From a virus: a stretch of 64,000 nt of DNA. Of the stretch, positions 1 to 10,097 are shown one piece after another; positions within the stretch are counted from its first letter, which is position 1; each line of letters opens with the position of its first letter. The stretch is taken from positions 40,022 through 104,021 of the IMG/VR virus record IMGVR_UViG_3300037628_000643; one strand, given 5' to 3'. The position numbers and the translations under genes were made by a program. The notes under the pieces were generated by a model that saw nothing but the letters and a program-made list of their open reading frames with translations, made no database searches and was not told the DNA's origin.

Positions 1-7
1 TTATTCG

Positions 8-685
8 GTGGGCATAGGACATAACGTTTTGCGGGATGCATCAGGCGCTATCAGAACAACAGCAGTAGGTTATGGAGCTGGTGAAAGCGCTGCTTGCAGA
101 GATGGAGTATATTTAGGATACTTAGCAGGACAATATGAGACCCAGAACAATAAACTTTGGATTTCAAACGATACAAATAATTTGATAGAAGGTGATTTTT
201 TTAGTCAATGGGTGAAAGTACACGGTGATTTAGAAGTGACCGATAAAATTGGTATTGGAATACCTGAACCTTCTCAAAAAGTACATATTTGGGAGAACTC
301 TGTTAATCCTGTAGGTATGGCAATTCAGAACTCTGGTACTGGAGACCCAATTCTTCAATTCAAAACTTCTACCTCTACTTATGTTATGGGTATAGATAAT
401 GATAATGGAGACATCTTTAAGATAGATGTTGGTAGCGATATAGGAGTTGTGCCTGCTTTATCAATTGACTTAAATAGGAATGTCGGTATTGGGGTAGATC
501 TTCCAGATGAAAAATTAGAAGTTAATGGTACAATAAAGGCTGCTCAGAATGTTTTGTGTGGCACCTACTTTTATTTAGGTGATCCCGATACTGATGGTTC
601 AGGACGTATATTTATGAGCGGAGGGACTATGATGTTTGAGCATAGATCAGCAGGGCTTTGGGCGGCTATTGGCGGCTTTGGTTAA
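8..685 (+). CDS. Virion fibre-like protein, 3' part (gene probably starts before the window)
   Basis: Gly-rich beta repeats (AVGYGAG, YLGYLAG) and two KIGIG/NVGIG..P..KL motifs typical of fibre shafts. Confidence 0.6.
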   Translation: MGIGHNVLRDASGAIRTTAVGYGAGESAACRDGVYLGYLAGQYETQNNKLWISNDTNNLIEGDFFSQWVKVHGDLEVTDKIGIGIPEPSQKVHIWENSVNPVGMAIQNSGTGDPILQFKTSTSTYVMGIDNDNGDIFKIDVGSDIGVVPALSIDLNRNVGIGVDLPDEKLEVNGTIKAAQNVLCGTYFYLGDPDTDGSGRIFMSGGTMMFEHRSAGLWAAIGGFG

Positions 686-863
686 GAAGTACAGGTATTG
701 AATACACAATCAACAGCGGCTCGAACTGGATTAGCCTAATATAATAAATATGAAGCATTCTGTCCTGAAGGCCATATTCAGAACATTCAAATGGAATGAG
801 CGCAAGAAATTTAATGGTATAATTACAATAATTAAAATACTCTATTAATATTAAGGGATACAC

Positions 864-1652
864 ATGAAAAGATTCAGGCCTGCACATACACCAATAGAAG
901 TTGGCCCTACAGGAACGATGGGGGTTCCAACTTTCATTCAAGATCAGACGACATTTCCTCTTGACTTATGGTTTTTGGAGAGATTAAACGATGCAACAAT
1001 TGCAGTTGACACTGTTCTGGGAGCAGCTTCATTCACTGCAACTGCAGGACATGGAATTGTTGATGGAAATGTGATAGAGATAAATAACACTACTACGTTT
1101 ATTCAAGCGATTGTAACGAATGTCGCTACTAATGTAATTACCATTGATCAGCCAATCAATCATGTGTACTTGGCAGCTAGCCAATTAATTGTCAGCAATA
1201 AAAATATGAATGTACTTGGCACTCAAGGGTCTCCTAGGATATTCACTATAGCTCCCGAAGTCGGACAGAAAGGAGATTTTACTCGTATCATCTCTACGCT
1301 AAGTGATGCGTCAGCTATGGATTTCACTACGTTTGGCGGACAGTCTGCTCTTGCTAATGGATGCGTCTTGAGACTTAAACTTGCCGGAGGAGACTTTTTT
1401 AATTTATTTAACTGGAAGACTAACGGTGAGTTCATTGTACGAGCTTTTGACCATAGCTTCCAGACAAAAATAGGAGGCGGTGAGCATAGCTTCACAGCAA
1501 GAAGCACATGGGGTGGTCAAAGCAAAAGAGGCGTGGTTTTAAGGGTAGAAGGAACCCGACTGGAAGAGTTGCAAATACTAGTCCAAGATAATTTAACTGG
1601 CTTGACAGACTTTAATATGGTTGCTCAAGGCCATGCACTACAAGAAGATTAA
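864..1652 (+). CDS. Putative virion structural protein
   Basis: 262-aa beta-rich ORF upstream of the neck genes; AAGGGA RBS. Confidence 0.5.
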   Translation: MKRFRPAHTPIEVGPTGTMGVPTFIQDQTTFPLDLWFLERLNDATIAVDTVLGAASFTATAGHGIVDGNVIEINNTTTFIQAIVTNVATNVITIDQPINHVYLAASQLIVSNKNMNVLGTQGSPRIFTIAPEVGQKGDFTRIISTLSDASAMDFTTFGGQSALANGCVLRLKLAGGDFFNLFNWKTNGEFIVRAFDHSFQTKIGGGEHSFTARSTWGGQSKRGVVLRVEGTRLEELQILVQDNLTGLTDFNMVAQGHALQED

Positions 1653-1665
1653 AGGATAACAAATT

Positions 1666-2196
1666 ATGGCAGTCACGGCAGATAATGTTCCATCAGCAAC
1701 TGCGAACTCATACGCCAGCTTAGTTGACACAAAAGCTATCTGGGATAATGATCCGTATAAAAATGATTATACTGCTTTCCCAGATGATGATATTAGTCGT
1801 GCATTAATTTCGGCTACATCGCAACTTGACGGTGAGTATGGTCATAGATATAAAGGACTGCTATTTGATGATACCTTTGCGTTATTTTATCCAAGAACAA
1901 ATATCGTTGACTCTCGTGGCGTATCAATAACTGACTTTACTATATTCCCACCAGAGGTTGCTTTAGCGGCATCTACTCAGGCTTGGTATATACTACAGTC
2001 TGATAGGGAGGCAGAGGTAAGCGTGTCAGGAACAAAAAAGCAAAAAATGGATGGTTTAGGGGAACTCGTCTTCTTCTCTCCTTCAGAGCAACAATCTGTC
2101 AAGGTAGCATTAATTCATAGTGAAACAAGAGCAATTATTAATCCATACGTTACTGGTGGAACAAGTCAATATGTAACTTTGGTAGGTAGAGGCTGA
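1666..2196 (+). CDS. Head-tail adaptor (DnaT-like/connector family)
   Basis: ANSYASL, ALISAT..LD and L.YPR motifs typical of this adaptor family; synteny. Confidence 0.7.
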   Translation: MAVTADNVPSATANSYASLVDTKAIWDNDPYKNDYTAFPDDDISRALISATSQLDGEYGHRYKGLLFDDTFALFYPRTNIVDSRGVSITDFTIFPPEVALAASTQAWYILQSDREAEVSVSGTKKQKMDGLGELVFFSPSEQQSVKVALIHSETRAIINPYVTGGTSQYVTLVGRG

Positions 2197-2197
2197 T

Positions 2198-2578
2198 ATG
2201 GCTGGCGCAAATGAAATCTTTAATAATCTGTTTGATACTTTTCAGGCTACAGAATTCTTCCAAGATGCCATCTACCCGTTCTCGTGGACAGAATCCGTAT
2301 CTGGTGGAATAAATAGGGATACAGGTGCACAAGTAATTACAGATACAATTTATTCGTCTGATGCTTTTTTATTGAACCCATCAAAAAGTGAACGTCCAAG
2401 CCAGTCTATATTCAAAGATATTCAAGCAGGTGACGTTGTTGCTATGGTACAGACAAATGAGCTAATAAAGAAACCACCAATAGACACTACTGTGACATTC
2501 AATGGCGAAGATCATGTATGCAAAGAAATCGTCAGCGACCCTGTCGGTGTATCTTGGAAGTTCTTACTTAGGAGATGA
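2198..2578 (+). CDS. Head closure (stopper) protein
   Basis: 126 aa, IQAGD...DP..VSW..LRR pattern; follows the adaptor. Confidence 0.6.
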   Translation: MAGANEIFNNLFDTFQATEFFQDAIYPFSWTESVSGGINRDTGAQVITDTIYSSDAFLLNPSKSERPSQSIFKDIQAGDVVAMVQTNELIKKPPIDTTVTFNGEDHVCKEIVSDPVGVSWKFLLRR

Positions 2579-2579
2579 T

Positions 2580-2984
2580 ATGTTCAATATTGATGCAAGA
2601 GACTTATTGAATATCCCTGATGATATAATCAAAGAAATTGATCCTGCGATTCGCAAAGGTGCTATTATGGGTTCAAAATCAGTGGTCGCTAATAGTCCCG
2701 TATTAACAGGCTTATTCAAGGGAAACTGGAATGTTTCTCTAAACGAAACTTTTGATGGATCATTCTCAACTGAAGATCCATCAGGAAAATCAACACTTTC
2801 AAAAATGATTCAAAAAATAAATTCTTTCTCTATAAAGAAAGACAAGATGCTTTTTATACAAAATAATGTTTTAAATTCTGAAGAGCATGAATTTTATGCA
2901 GAGACAGTGGGCTACGACTTTAGCAAAAGCACTGCACTTAATATCGTAAAAAGCGCAGTCGTATCAGTGGATGCAATTAGATGA
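2580..2984 (+). CDS. HK97 gp10-like tail completion protein
   Basis: SPVLTGLFKGNWNVS motif; start moved to ATG 2580 behind AGGAG. Confidence 0.7.
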   Translation: MFNIDARDLLNIPDDIIKEIDPAIRKGAIMGSKSVVANSPVLTGLFKGNWNVSLNETFDGSFSTEDPSGKSTLSKMIQKINSFSIKKDKMLFIQNNVLNSEEHEFYAETVGYDFSKSTALNIVKSAVVSVDAIR

Positions 2985-3478
2985 ATTCATTTAAAAAAGA
3001 CCTTACAGCAATTTTCGTAGAGAATTTCAGTGAAGATATAATTGCTTATTTTGCTGATGGCTATCACAACGGGCCAACCGATTTCGGTAGTAGCTTTATT
3101 GATATGTCGGACTTCACCCCAACAACTCCAAATGAACAGCCTACGGAAGGCTCGTGGATGCGCATATCGATTGATGAAGGAGTGGTCGCCAATGACGCAA
3201 TTACGAATGGGGTAATAAAAGCAAAGCGAATGATTGGATTCGTTCAGTTCGACCTACTTTGGCATGAAGATGTTTCAAGCAAAGTTATTGATGAAACAAT
3301 AGAACCAGCGTTAGACCTGCTGTACCTAAATACAAGCTTTCGAGGTAGTGATGGAGATTCAGAAATATTTAATCAGCAGGATGTTCCCAAAGATACCATA
3401 ATAACAAGGGCCACAGGTAATAATGTCTGGAGTAAAAAGGAGCTCATATACCCATTTGTTTTGAGATATCTAGCTTGA
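2981..3478 (+). CDS. Tail terminator protein
   Basis: Size, WMRISI motif and position before the tail tube gene. Confidence 0.55.
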   Translation: MNSFKKDLTAIFVENFSEDIIAYFADGYHNGPTDFGSSFIDMSDFTPTTPNEQPTEGSWMRISIDEGVVANDAITNGVIKAKRMIGFVQFDLLWHEDVSSKVIDETIEPALDLLYLNTSFRGSDGDSEIFNQQDVPKDTIITRATGNNVWSKKELIYPFVLRYLA

Positions 3479-3502
3479 CATGAAATAGCTTTGTGGCATA
3501 AT
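3475..3502 (+). promoter_or_regulatory. Sigma70 promoter of the endonuclease gene
   Basis: TTGACA-N16-CATAAT. Confidence 0.6.
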
Positions 3503-3531
3503 TAATTATTATTTATGATTAGGAGTCATTA

Positions 3532-4620
3532 ATGCCAAAAAAACTTTCACAAGATGAAGTTATTGAAAAATTCAAGGAAGCCCATGGAGATGGTACTTAT
3601 GACTACTCTCTTGTGGAATATAAATCAAGTAAACTAAAGGTAAAAATAATATGCAAAAAACACAAAGGGGTTTTTGAGCAAGCTCCAGTGGCTCATTATA
3701 ATGGGCACAGGTGTGTGGTATGCTATGGGACACTGCTAAAAAACACAGAGTCATTTGTAGTTTCAGCGAGAAAAGTTCACGGTTATGAATTTGACTACGG
3801 CGAATCGAATTACAAGGGAAGTACCGAAAAAGTCATAATTACATGCAGCAAGGGACACAGGTTCAGTCAAACAGCGGCTGTGCACCTTTCTGGTAGTGGC
3901 TGCAAGGTATGTAACTTTGCTGGTAACTCACCTCCGATGATGACTCAGGAAGAATTTATCTCAAGATCTAAAAAAATACACAAAGGGAAGTATAATTACT
4001 CATCGGTAGTGTATCTTGGTTCAGCGTTAAACGTGGAAATACTATGTGATTGTGGGCATACATTTCACCAATCAGCAACCAACCATTTACAGGGGGCAGG
4101 TTGCGTCAAATGTAGAGATAAAAAAACTAGCGAAACAAGCAGGTTGACACAAAAAGAGTTCATAGATAGGTGCACCAGTGTTCATGGGGATAAATATAAA
4201 TACAACAAAACGAAATATAGACTATCTACAGAAAAGGTGACAATAACTTGTCGAGAGCATGGTGATTTCCGCCAAAATGCAAAAAACCATTATTCCAGCG
4301 GGGCAGGGTGTCCATCTTGTGCCAGCCATGGTTTTGATGGAAATAAAGACGGATACTTATACTTGATTCACTCTTTATGCGGTAAATATATGAAGATAGG
4401 AATTACAAGAGATATAGGTAGCAGACAAAAATCTATTACTAGAGACACTCCATTCGGAATTGTTCTTGTGGATAGCATAAAGATGGGCGGGTACGAAGCA
4501 ATGGATCTAGAGAAAACATTACACAAGCTATTTACGCCAGCGGGCTTCTCTGGATTTGACGGGTACACAGAATGGTTTAAACGAGACCTTGATGATCTCA
4601 AGGCATTATTCGTGTTATAA
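3532..4620 (+). CDS. Free-standing homing endonuclease: four Zn-binding DUF723-like repeats plus C-terminal GIY-YIG (T5orf172-like) domain
   Basis: Four repeats of HG..YDY....Y....KV.I.C..H..F.Q....H..G..CxxC; C-terminal GYLYLI...KIGIT...E..LH...GYTEWF. Confidence 0.85.
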   Translation: MPKKLSQDEVIEKFKEAHGDGTYDYSLVEYKSSKLKVKIICKKHKGVFEQAPVAHYNGHRCVVCYGTLLKNTESFVVSARKVHGYEFDYGESNYKGSTEKVIITCSKGHRFSQTAAVHLSGSGCKVCNFAGNSPPMMTQEEFISRSKKIHKGKYNYSSVVYLGSALNVEILCDCGHTFHQSATNHLQGAGCVKCRDKKTSETSRLTQKEFIDRCTSVHGDKYKYNKTKYRLSTEKVTITCREHGDFRQNAKNHYSSGAGCPSCASHGFDGNKDGYLYLIHSLCGKYMKIGITRDIGSRQKSITRDTPFGIVLVDSIKMGGYEAMDLEKTLHKLFTPAGFSGFDGYTEWFKRDLDDLKALFVL

Positions 4621-4658
4621 TCACACGATACATTAATTTTTTTCAAAAGGTGACTTAA

Positions 4659-5846
4659 ATGGCAGGCTCTTCTATCCAAGGAAACTCGATTGTCCACGCT
4701 ATGGTACTTCAAGCAAGTGCAGTTTCTGGGAGTCCTTTAACGCCTACGTTCGACATCCTTCCAAGGACGAGCGGTGACATTGATATCGCCAAATCGTTCA
4801 CTCAAAGTGAACTGGTAGATCCGACCAGACAGCCTTCGTTCAATGTGACCACAGGTTCTGAAATTGCAGGCTCCATCGAGAGTGAACTTGCGGTAGATAC
4901 TCCCGTGCTTCAGACGATAGTGCAAGGCACCATGCAGAATACATACGTTACTGCTATATCATTCAATGGTTCGGCGACATTTACCAACGGAACGTCAAGT
5001 ATTCTTGCAATCGGAGCATTTACTAACGCAGTCGTTGGTCAGTTTATCGGCGTCTTTGGAACTGTAAGCAATGACGGGGTATTCAAAATTACTACGGTTA
5101 CGGACAACGACAACGTGGTGGTGAGCGGAGCACCAACAGATGAAACAATCTCTTGTGATATAGTCTCAAAGGCAATCAGAAACTCCAATGTACAGCAAGG
5201 TTTAACGGTACAGAAACGAATTCCTACTGACTCTGGTATCATTTACAAGACTTTCGAAAACTGTCAAATAGGTACTTTAAATCTATCTATTACTACTGGC
5301 TCAATTGTTACTCTTAATTATGATCTTATCGGACTGGACAAAATCGCTGGCGATGCCATCGTCTCTGGCCAAACAGATAATCCCCTTGATGCATCTCGTG
5401 TAGCTGGTTCTGTTAATGATGTTGTTGAGTTCTGGATTGATGGAATCGCACAAACCACTGATTCAGTTTGCTTTACAGATTTTACGATTTCCGTCGACAA
5501 TTCAGCTCAGTCAAATCCAGCGATTGGCAAGGAAGGTGCTTGTTCTATCAGTTTCTCGCAAGCAGTAGTAACCGGAACTTTAGTATCTTATGTAGACGGA
5601 ACTGACACAACTACAGCAAATAGCGAAGTAGCAAAGCGTGATGCTGAAACACTCTTTAGTCTTGCAGTCGTAATGAAAGATGTTGATGGAAACATTCTTG
5701 TTATCTCAATGCCTTCTATCCAGTACACTGAACTTACTCAGTCTGATACAGCCAACGGCGATGTGCTGAAAAACAACGGAACCTTCTCTGGAAACGGAAA
5801 AGCTTCTGGGTACGCAATCGAGTTTGACTTTATCGCTGCACCATAA
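4659..5846 (+). CDS. Major tail tube protein
   Basis: 395-aa Thr/Ser/Gly-rich ORF upstream of the chaperone and tape measure genes; followed by a terminator. Confidence 0.8.
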   Translation: MAGSSIQGNSIVHAMVLQASAVSGSPLTPTFDILPRTSGDIDIAKSFTQSELVDPTRQPSFNVTTGSEIAGSIESELAVDTPVLQTIVQGTMQNTYVTAISFNGSATFTNGTSSILAIGAFTNAVVGQFIGVFGTVSNDGVFKITTVTDNDNVVVSGAPTDETISCDIVSKAIRNSNVQQGLTVQKRIPTDSGIIYKTFENCQIGTLNLSITTGSIVTLNYDLIGLDKIAGDAIVSGQTDNPLDASRVAGSVNDVVEFWIDGIAQTTDSVCFTDFTISVDNSAQSNPAIGKEGACSISFSQAVVTGTLVSYVDGTDTTTANSEVAKRDAETLFSLAVVMKDVDGNILVISMPSIQYTELTQSDTANGDVLKNNGTFSGNGKASGYAIEFDFIAAP

Positions 5847-5868
5847 ACATAACTGTAGTATACTGCTT

Positions 5869-5896
5869 TGGCGTACATATGTGCGCCATTTTTTTT
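5869..5896 (+). terminator. Intrinsic terminator
   Basis: TGGCGTACA-ta-TGTGCGCCA followed by T8. Confidence 0.75.
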
Positions 5897-5917
5897 ACCA
5901 AAACTAGGAGTTATAAT

Positions 5918-6256
5918 ATGAAAATTGCCATAACATCTCATACTGGTTTTTATGATGCACAAGATGAGCATGATTTCACTGGCGAAGGGTTTGTTATTAA
6001 ACCAATCGATAATACATCAGAGGAATGGGCTGAAGGCTGCATAACTGGAGTCTCTGAGTTAATGACCATATTATCTAGCGAACTAATGTTTATTGCAATT
6101 GACGATAACGAAATCGATGACTTCGTTGGGATTTCAGAAGAACTAGCAACAACTTTAACAGGGACTGCTTTTAGTGATATAGAAATCATTGATTGCAGGA
6201 ATAAAAATGCAAAAGAAACCGTTTCAATTTTACTTGCACAGGAAAAAACACAATGA
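5918..6256 (+). CDS. Hypothetical acidic protein
   Basis: ATG 5918 after AGGAG; ATGA overlap with the next gene. Confidence 0.6.
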   Translation: MKIAITSHTGFYDAQDEHDFTGEGFVIKPIDNTSEEWAEGCITGVSELMTILSSELMFIAIDDNEIDDFVGISEELATTLTGTAFSDIEIIDCRNKNAKETVSILLAQEKTQ

Positions 6257-6624
6257 AGAAAAAGTTAAAAATCGGCTTTAAAGATCGGAGTCCAAAAGAA
6301 GTAATAATCGATAAAGTTACTTTCATGGTCAAGCCAATGGCTCAAGAAACCATGACAGGACTGGCTCTTTATAGTCAAGGCATCAAAGACACTCTATTGT
6401 CATTAGGTATGAAAAAAGAGTTCGTAAAGACTCATATTACCGGATGGTCTGACCTTTACGATGAAGACGGAGACGAGGTTGAGTACACACAGGAGCTTGC
6501 TGTAGAATATCTAACAGACGATGATTATGACGATCTTCTTATGATGCTTTACTGGAAATCAATCGAGTCTGCAAACATTGATGCAGAGGAAAAAGAGAAA
6601 AATAAAGACAAAGCAAAAAAGTAA
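6253..6624 (+). CDS. Tail assembly chaperone (gpG-like)
   Basis: ITGWSDL.DEDG..V.Y motif; ends in slippery A AAA AAG. Confidence 0.8.
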   Translation: MKKKLKIGFKDRSPKEVIIDKVTFMVKPMAQETMTGLALYSQGIKDTLLSLGMKKEFVKTHITGWSDLYDEDGDEVEYTQELAVEYLTDDDYDDLLMMLYWKSIESANIDAEEKEKNKDKAKK

Positions 6625-6935
6625 TTTCCCAGCAGCTTTTTGAGGCAAATGTGAAACCGCATGAGCTTGCAATGCTAAAGTCTCGCGGAATGATAAAAGC
6701 CCCAGAAAGTAATGATGATGTTGACGAAGCTATAAGATGGTATTACTCAACAATCTCTGCCAGAGGCCACGATTATGCTGCTGGGCTTATTATGAAGCTA
6801 ACATGGGATCATGTAAAATCTCTGGTTGGATATGAACCTACATTCCTGTCAACAAGAGATTTGGCTTTTTATTGCTTTGTACTTGATTCTGTATACCTAG
6901 AATTCTTGGTTGAGAACAAAGAGAAGCCTAAATGA
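6615..6935 (+). CDS. -1 frameshift extension of the tail chaperone (gpGT-like)
   Basis: A_AAA_AAG at 6615-6621; the -1 frame is open (VISQQLFEANVKPH...) to 6935. Confidence 0.8.
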   Translation, partial: KKVISQQLFEANVKPHELAMLKSRGMIKAPESNDDVDEAIRWYYSTISARGHDYAAGLIMKLTWDHVKSLVGYEPTFLSTRDLAFYCFVLDSVYLEFLVENKEKPK

Positions 6936-6970
6936 TATAATAGGAATACCATTAACTGTGAGCATCTATA

Positions 6971-9667
6971 ATGTCTATCGAAAGAAAAATAAAAATAACT
7001 TTAGATGCCTCATCCGCTAAAGCGAGTATTGACGAGCTCGCAAAAAAGCTAAATACACTGACAGGATCAACTGGAAACTTAACTTCTGCTCAAAGAAGGC
7101 AAGCTAGATCTCAAACTAATTTAAATAAAAAAATAGTTGACACCAATAGATCTTTAAATGCCATGAATGGCCTATTAAGGAAAGTTGCTACTGCAGCTAC
7201 AATTTTTACTGGCATACGTTTAGCTGACGACTTTAACGAGTTACAAAACAGATTAAGAATCACGCTGCAAGAAGGTGAGAAATTAGTCGATGTCCAAGAA
7301 TCAATCATTGATGTATCGCTGAGAACAAGATCTGCACTTGCAGAAAATGCTCTGTTATATTTGCGATTATCTAACTCTGTTGACAGAACTGTAACGTCTC
7401 AAGCAGAGTTACTTAAGATAACTGAAACAGTTAACAAAGCCGTACAATTGGGTGGATCATCTGCGCAAGAAGCAGCTGGTGCTGTTCGACAGTTTACCCA
7501 AATTATCTCAGCTGGATTTTCTAGTGGATTCTCTCAAGAAATTAACTCCATATCTGAGCAGACTCCAGGCTTATTCAAATTAATAGAAAATGGATTAAGA
7601 GAGACATCTAAAGAATTTAGAGAGCTTGAAGAGTCTGGGCTTGGCGCTGTTAAAATATTGAAAACATTCTCGGAGGAAGGTATCGGTGACCTAGATACAT
7701 TGCTTGAAGCCATCAACTCTCAATTTGAAGTAACTAATGAAGAGTTCAAAAAGATTGATGTAACAGTATCAAAAGCTTTAGGAAACCTGAAGACAGGAAT
7801 AGAAGCTTACATTGGTAGAGCTGATGACGCATTAAACATAACACCAAAGCTGGCTCAAAAAATAAACGATCTAGCCATAAATTTTGACGATTTTGCATTC
7901 GAAGTAACGGTATTGACCGCAGCCATGGGAGCAGCACTTGCGGCAACAATATTAATCACTGCAGCAATGGGAGCATTTAATGCCGTATTGCTTGTTACGA
8001 AAAGAAACCTAGTTGGCGTATCCAAGATAGGATTATTATTCGTTAAGTTTGTTCGCATACTAACGCCTATCGGTGTTGCTTTCACCGTTATATCGTTAGC
8101 TGTTGTAGCATTAATAAAAGACATTGGTGTATTTGAAGATGGACTTATAACTGTTGGTGATAAATTCACCGATATAAGTGGTTTGGCAAAAGCCATATTC
8201 AAAACAATTGGAGATAGATTCAAGAATTTTGCATCAAATATAATTGGAACACTATCAGCCGTAGCCAACAACATAAGAATGCTATTGACTGGCTTTTATG
8301 AGCGGTGGTTTAAAAGAGATGTTGATTTAGTAATCGATGCATTCAATTTCCTTGGAAATAAAGTATCAGAGATATTCGGGTTTATATTGGACATAATTCC
8401 TTTTAAGGCTATGGCAGAAGCTGCCAGAGATAACATTAATACCGTAATAGGTTTTTTTGTATTGCTGGGACGATCAGTAAGTATCGTCTTTGAAGGATTA
8501 AAGCAAGGATTTAAAGATATATTCAACAATGGAATAAACCTAATAAAAGCATTGGGCCCAGCGCTTATTGCCGCAGGGAAGCTGAACTTTAAAGAAGCAG
8601 GAGAAATCTTGTCTACAGCATTTGCTGATAGTTTTTCTGGAAGTCTAATAGGTGATTTCGAAACGCTATTCTCCGAGGCAAAAGGTATTTTAGGTGACAC
8701 TGATTTTCTTGGTGAAATAATATCTCAAAGTGAAGTGTCTGTAGAAAAGTTTAAGCAATTTGTTTCTGCGATACCAGAGGCTGTAAGAGATAGCTTTGAA
8801 AGCTCTTTAGATTTCATAACCTTCGCATGGACTGAATTTAAAGAAGATGTAGAAAAAAATATAGACTCTCTGAATAAAAAAATAACAGGGACGCCTTTAA
8901 GTTTAGAGCTTGAAATTGATCCAGAGAAAATAAATCTTTTTGAACAAATTGAACTGAGACTACAACTTCTTGGCGAAAACCTAGCATTCCTTGGCAAGAA
9001 CATAGTGAAAAATTTAGGCAGCTTATTTTCAAAAGAATCTGCTGTTACTGCATTCGGAGGTTTCGCTGACGCGATTGAAGATATATTTAGTAAGATTGGT
9101 AAGTCATTAAACCTTGAATCTATAAAAGATAATTTTGCAGAAATAAGAGATGCTATGGCAGAATCAATCATATCTTTTACAGATCTTTTTTCCACGCTAT
9201 CCAGTATCAGGCAAGACAAGCTTGATGAAGAACTAAGGACATCTGTCAATTTGTCAGACGAGGAAAGAGCTGCTAAAGAAAAGAATGCCAAGGCATCTTT
9301 TGATAACAGCAAGAGACTGACGCTAGCTGGAATAGCATTACAAACTGGCTTAGCGATAATGAATGCTTTAGCCCAGACAACACCGAATTTTTTAATCAAT
9401 CTAGCAAACGCAGCTGGTGCAGCAGCTATGGGCGCAGCTCAATATGCAAAAGCTAATGCACAGCAATATAAAGCTCCAAGTGCTCCATCGGGCGGAGGAA
9501 TTAGTGCTGGATCTTCAAGCATATCCAACAACACTCAGAACGTTACTACCACAGTAAACATCACTGGCGGCGTAGGATTTTCTATAGAAGACCTGCAAAA
9601 GATTTTTGATGACGATGTTGTTATAATAAATAAAGACTCAGCGCAAGGTAGGCAGCTCCGTGGCTAA
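6971..9667 (+). CDS. Tape measure protein
   Basis: 898 aa, helical; N-terminal tape-measure domain (LADDFNELQNRL...EINSISEQTP); follows the chaperone. Confidence 0.9.
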   Translation: MSIERKIKITLDASSAKASIDELAKKLNTLTGSTGNLTSAQRRQARSQTNLNKKIVDTNRSLNAMNGLLRKVATAATIFTGIRLADDFNELQNRLRITLQEGEKLVDVQESIIDVSLRTRSALAENALLYLRLSNSVDRTVTSQAELLKITETVNKAVQLGGSSAQEAAGAVRQFTQIISAGFSSGFSQEINSISEQTPGLFKLIENGLRETSKEFRELEESGLGAVKILKTFSEEGIGDLDTLLEAINSQFEVTNEEFKKIDVTVSKALGNLKTGIEAYIGRADDALNITPKLAQKINDLAINFDDFAFEVTVLTAAMGAALAATILITAAMGAFNAVLLVTKRNLVGVSKIGLLFVKFVRILTPIGVAFTVISLAVVALIKDIGVFEDGLITVGDKFTDISGLAKAIFKTIGDRFKNFASNIIGTLSAVANNIRMLLTGFYERWFKRDVDLVIDAFNFLGNKVSEIFGFILDIIPFKAMAEAARDNINTVIGFFVLLGRSVSIVFEGLKQGFKDIFNNGINLIKALGPALIAAGKLNFKEAGEILSTAFADSFSGSLIGDFETLFSEAKGILGDTDFLGEIISQSEVSVEKFKQFVSAIPEAVRDSFESSLDFITFAWTEFKEDVEKNIDSLNKKITGTPLSLELEIDPEKINLFEQIELRLQLLGENLAFLGKNIVKNLGSLFSKESAVTAFGGFADAIEDIFSKIGKSLNLESIKDNFAEIRDAMAESIISFTDLFSTLSSIRQDKLDEELRTSVNLSDEERAAKEKNAKASFDNSKRLTLAGIALQTGLAIMNALAQTTPNFLINLANAAGAAAMGAAQYAKANAQQYKAPSAPSGGGISAGSSSISNNTQNVTTTVNITGGVGFSIEDLQKIFDDDVVIINKDSAQGRQLRG

Positions 9668-10097
9668 TGCAAGAATAGAATTTTTACCAAAAAGAAACCT
9701 TATTTCTCCAGCCCCTGACTTGGAGACCTTATATCCTATAGATGTTACACTAGCTACATATGGTCATGGAATAGACATTAATGTAAAAGAATCAAAAACC
9801 TTGAGTGGTATTGTGTCAAAGTCTCTTTACAGTATTAATGAGACAACCACTTATGAGATCATTCCTATAGCTGGAGAAGCAACTACCGAAGAAATTCAGA
9901 TGTTTCTATACTCTGTTGTCGCTGGTGAGGAATTTACAGCTACAGATATTGATGATCCAGCATTTGATATTGATGATCTGGCAAACAGCCCTACACTAAC
10001 ATTACAACTAACAGACAGATGGTCAAGAGACAGGAGAAGTAAAGTGGAAGTTGGTCAGTTTATTTATAGCTTTAATGGTCGAGAGGTTAATGCGTAG
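9660..10097 (+). CDS. Distal tail protein (putative)
   Basis: Position between tape measure and tail tip genes. Confidence 0.55.
   Translation: MANARIEFLPKRNLISPAPDLETLYPIDVTLATYGHGIDINVKESKTLSGIVSKSLYSINETTTYEIIPIAGEATTEEIQMFLYSVVAGEEFTATDIDDPAFDIDDLANSPTLTLQLTDRWSRDRRSKVEVGQFIYSFNGREVNA

Noticed and set aside
7111-9399. Long minus-strand ORFs opposite the tape measure gene (and similar shadows elsewhere, e.g. 62990-63484)
   Set aside because: Antisense shadows of real genes, with no RBS or recognisable motifs.
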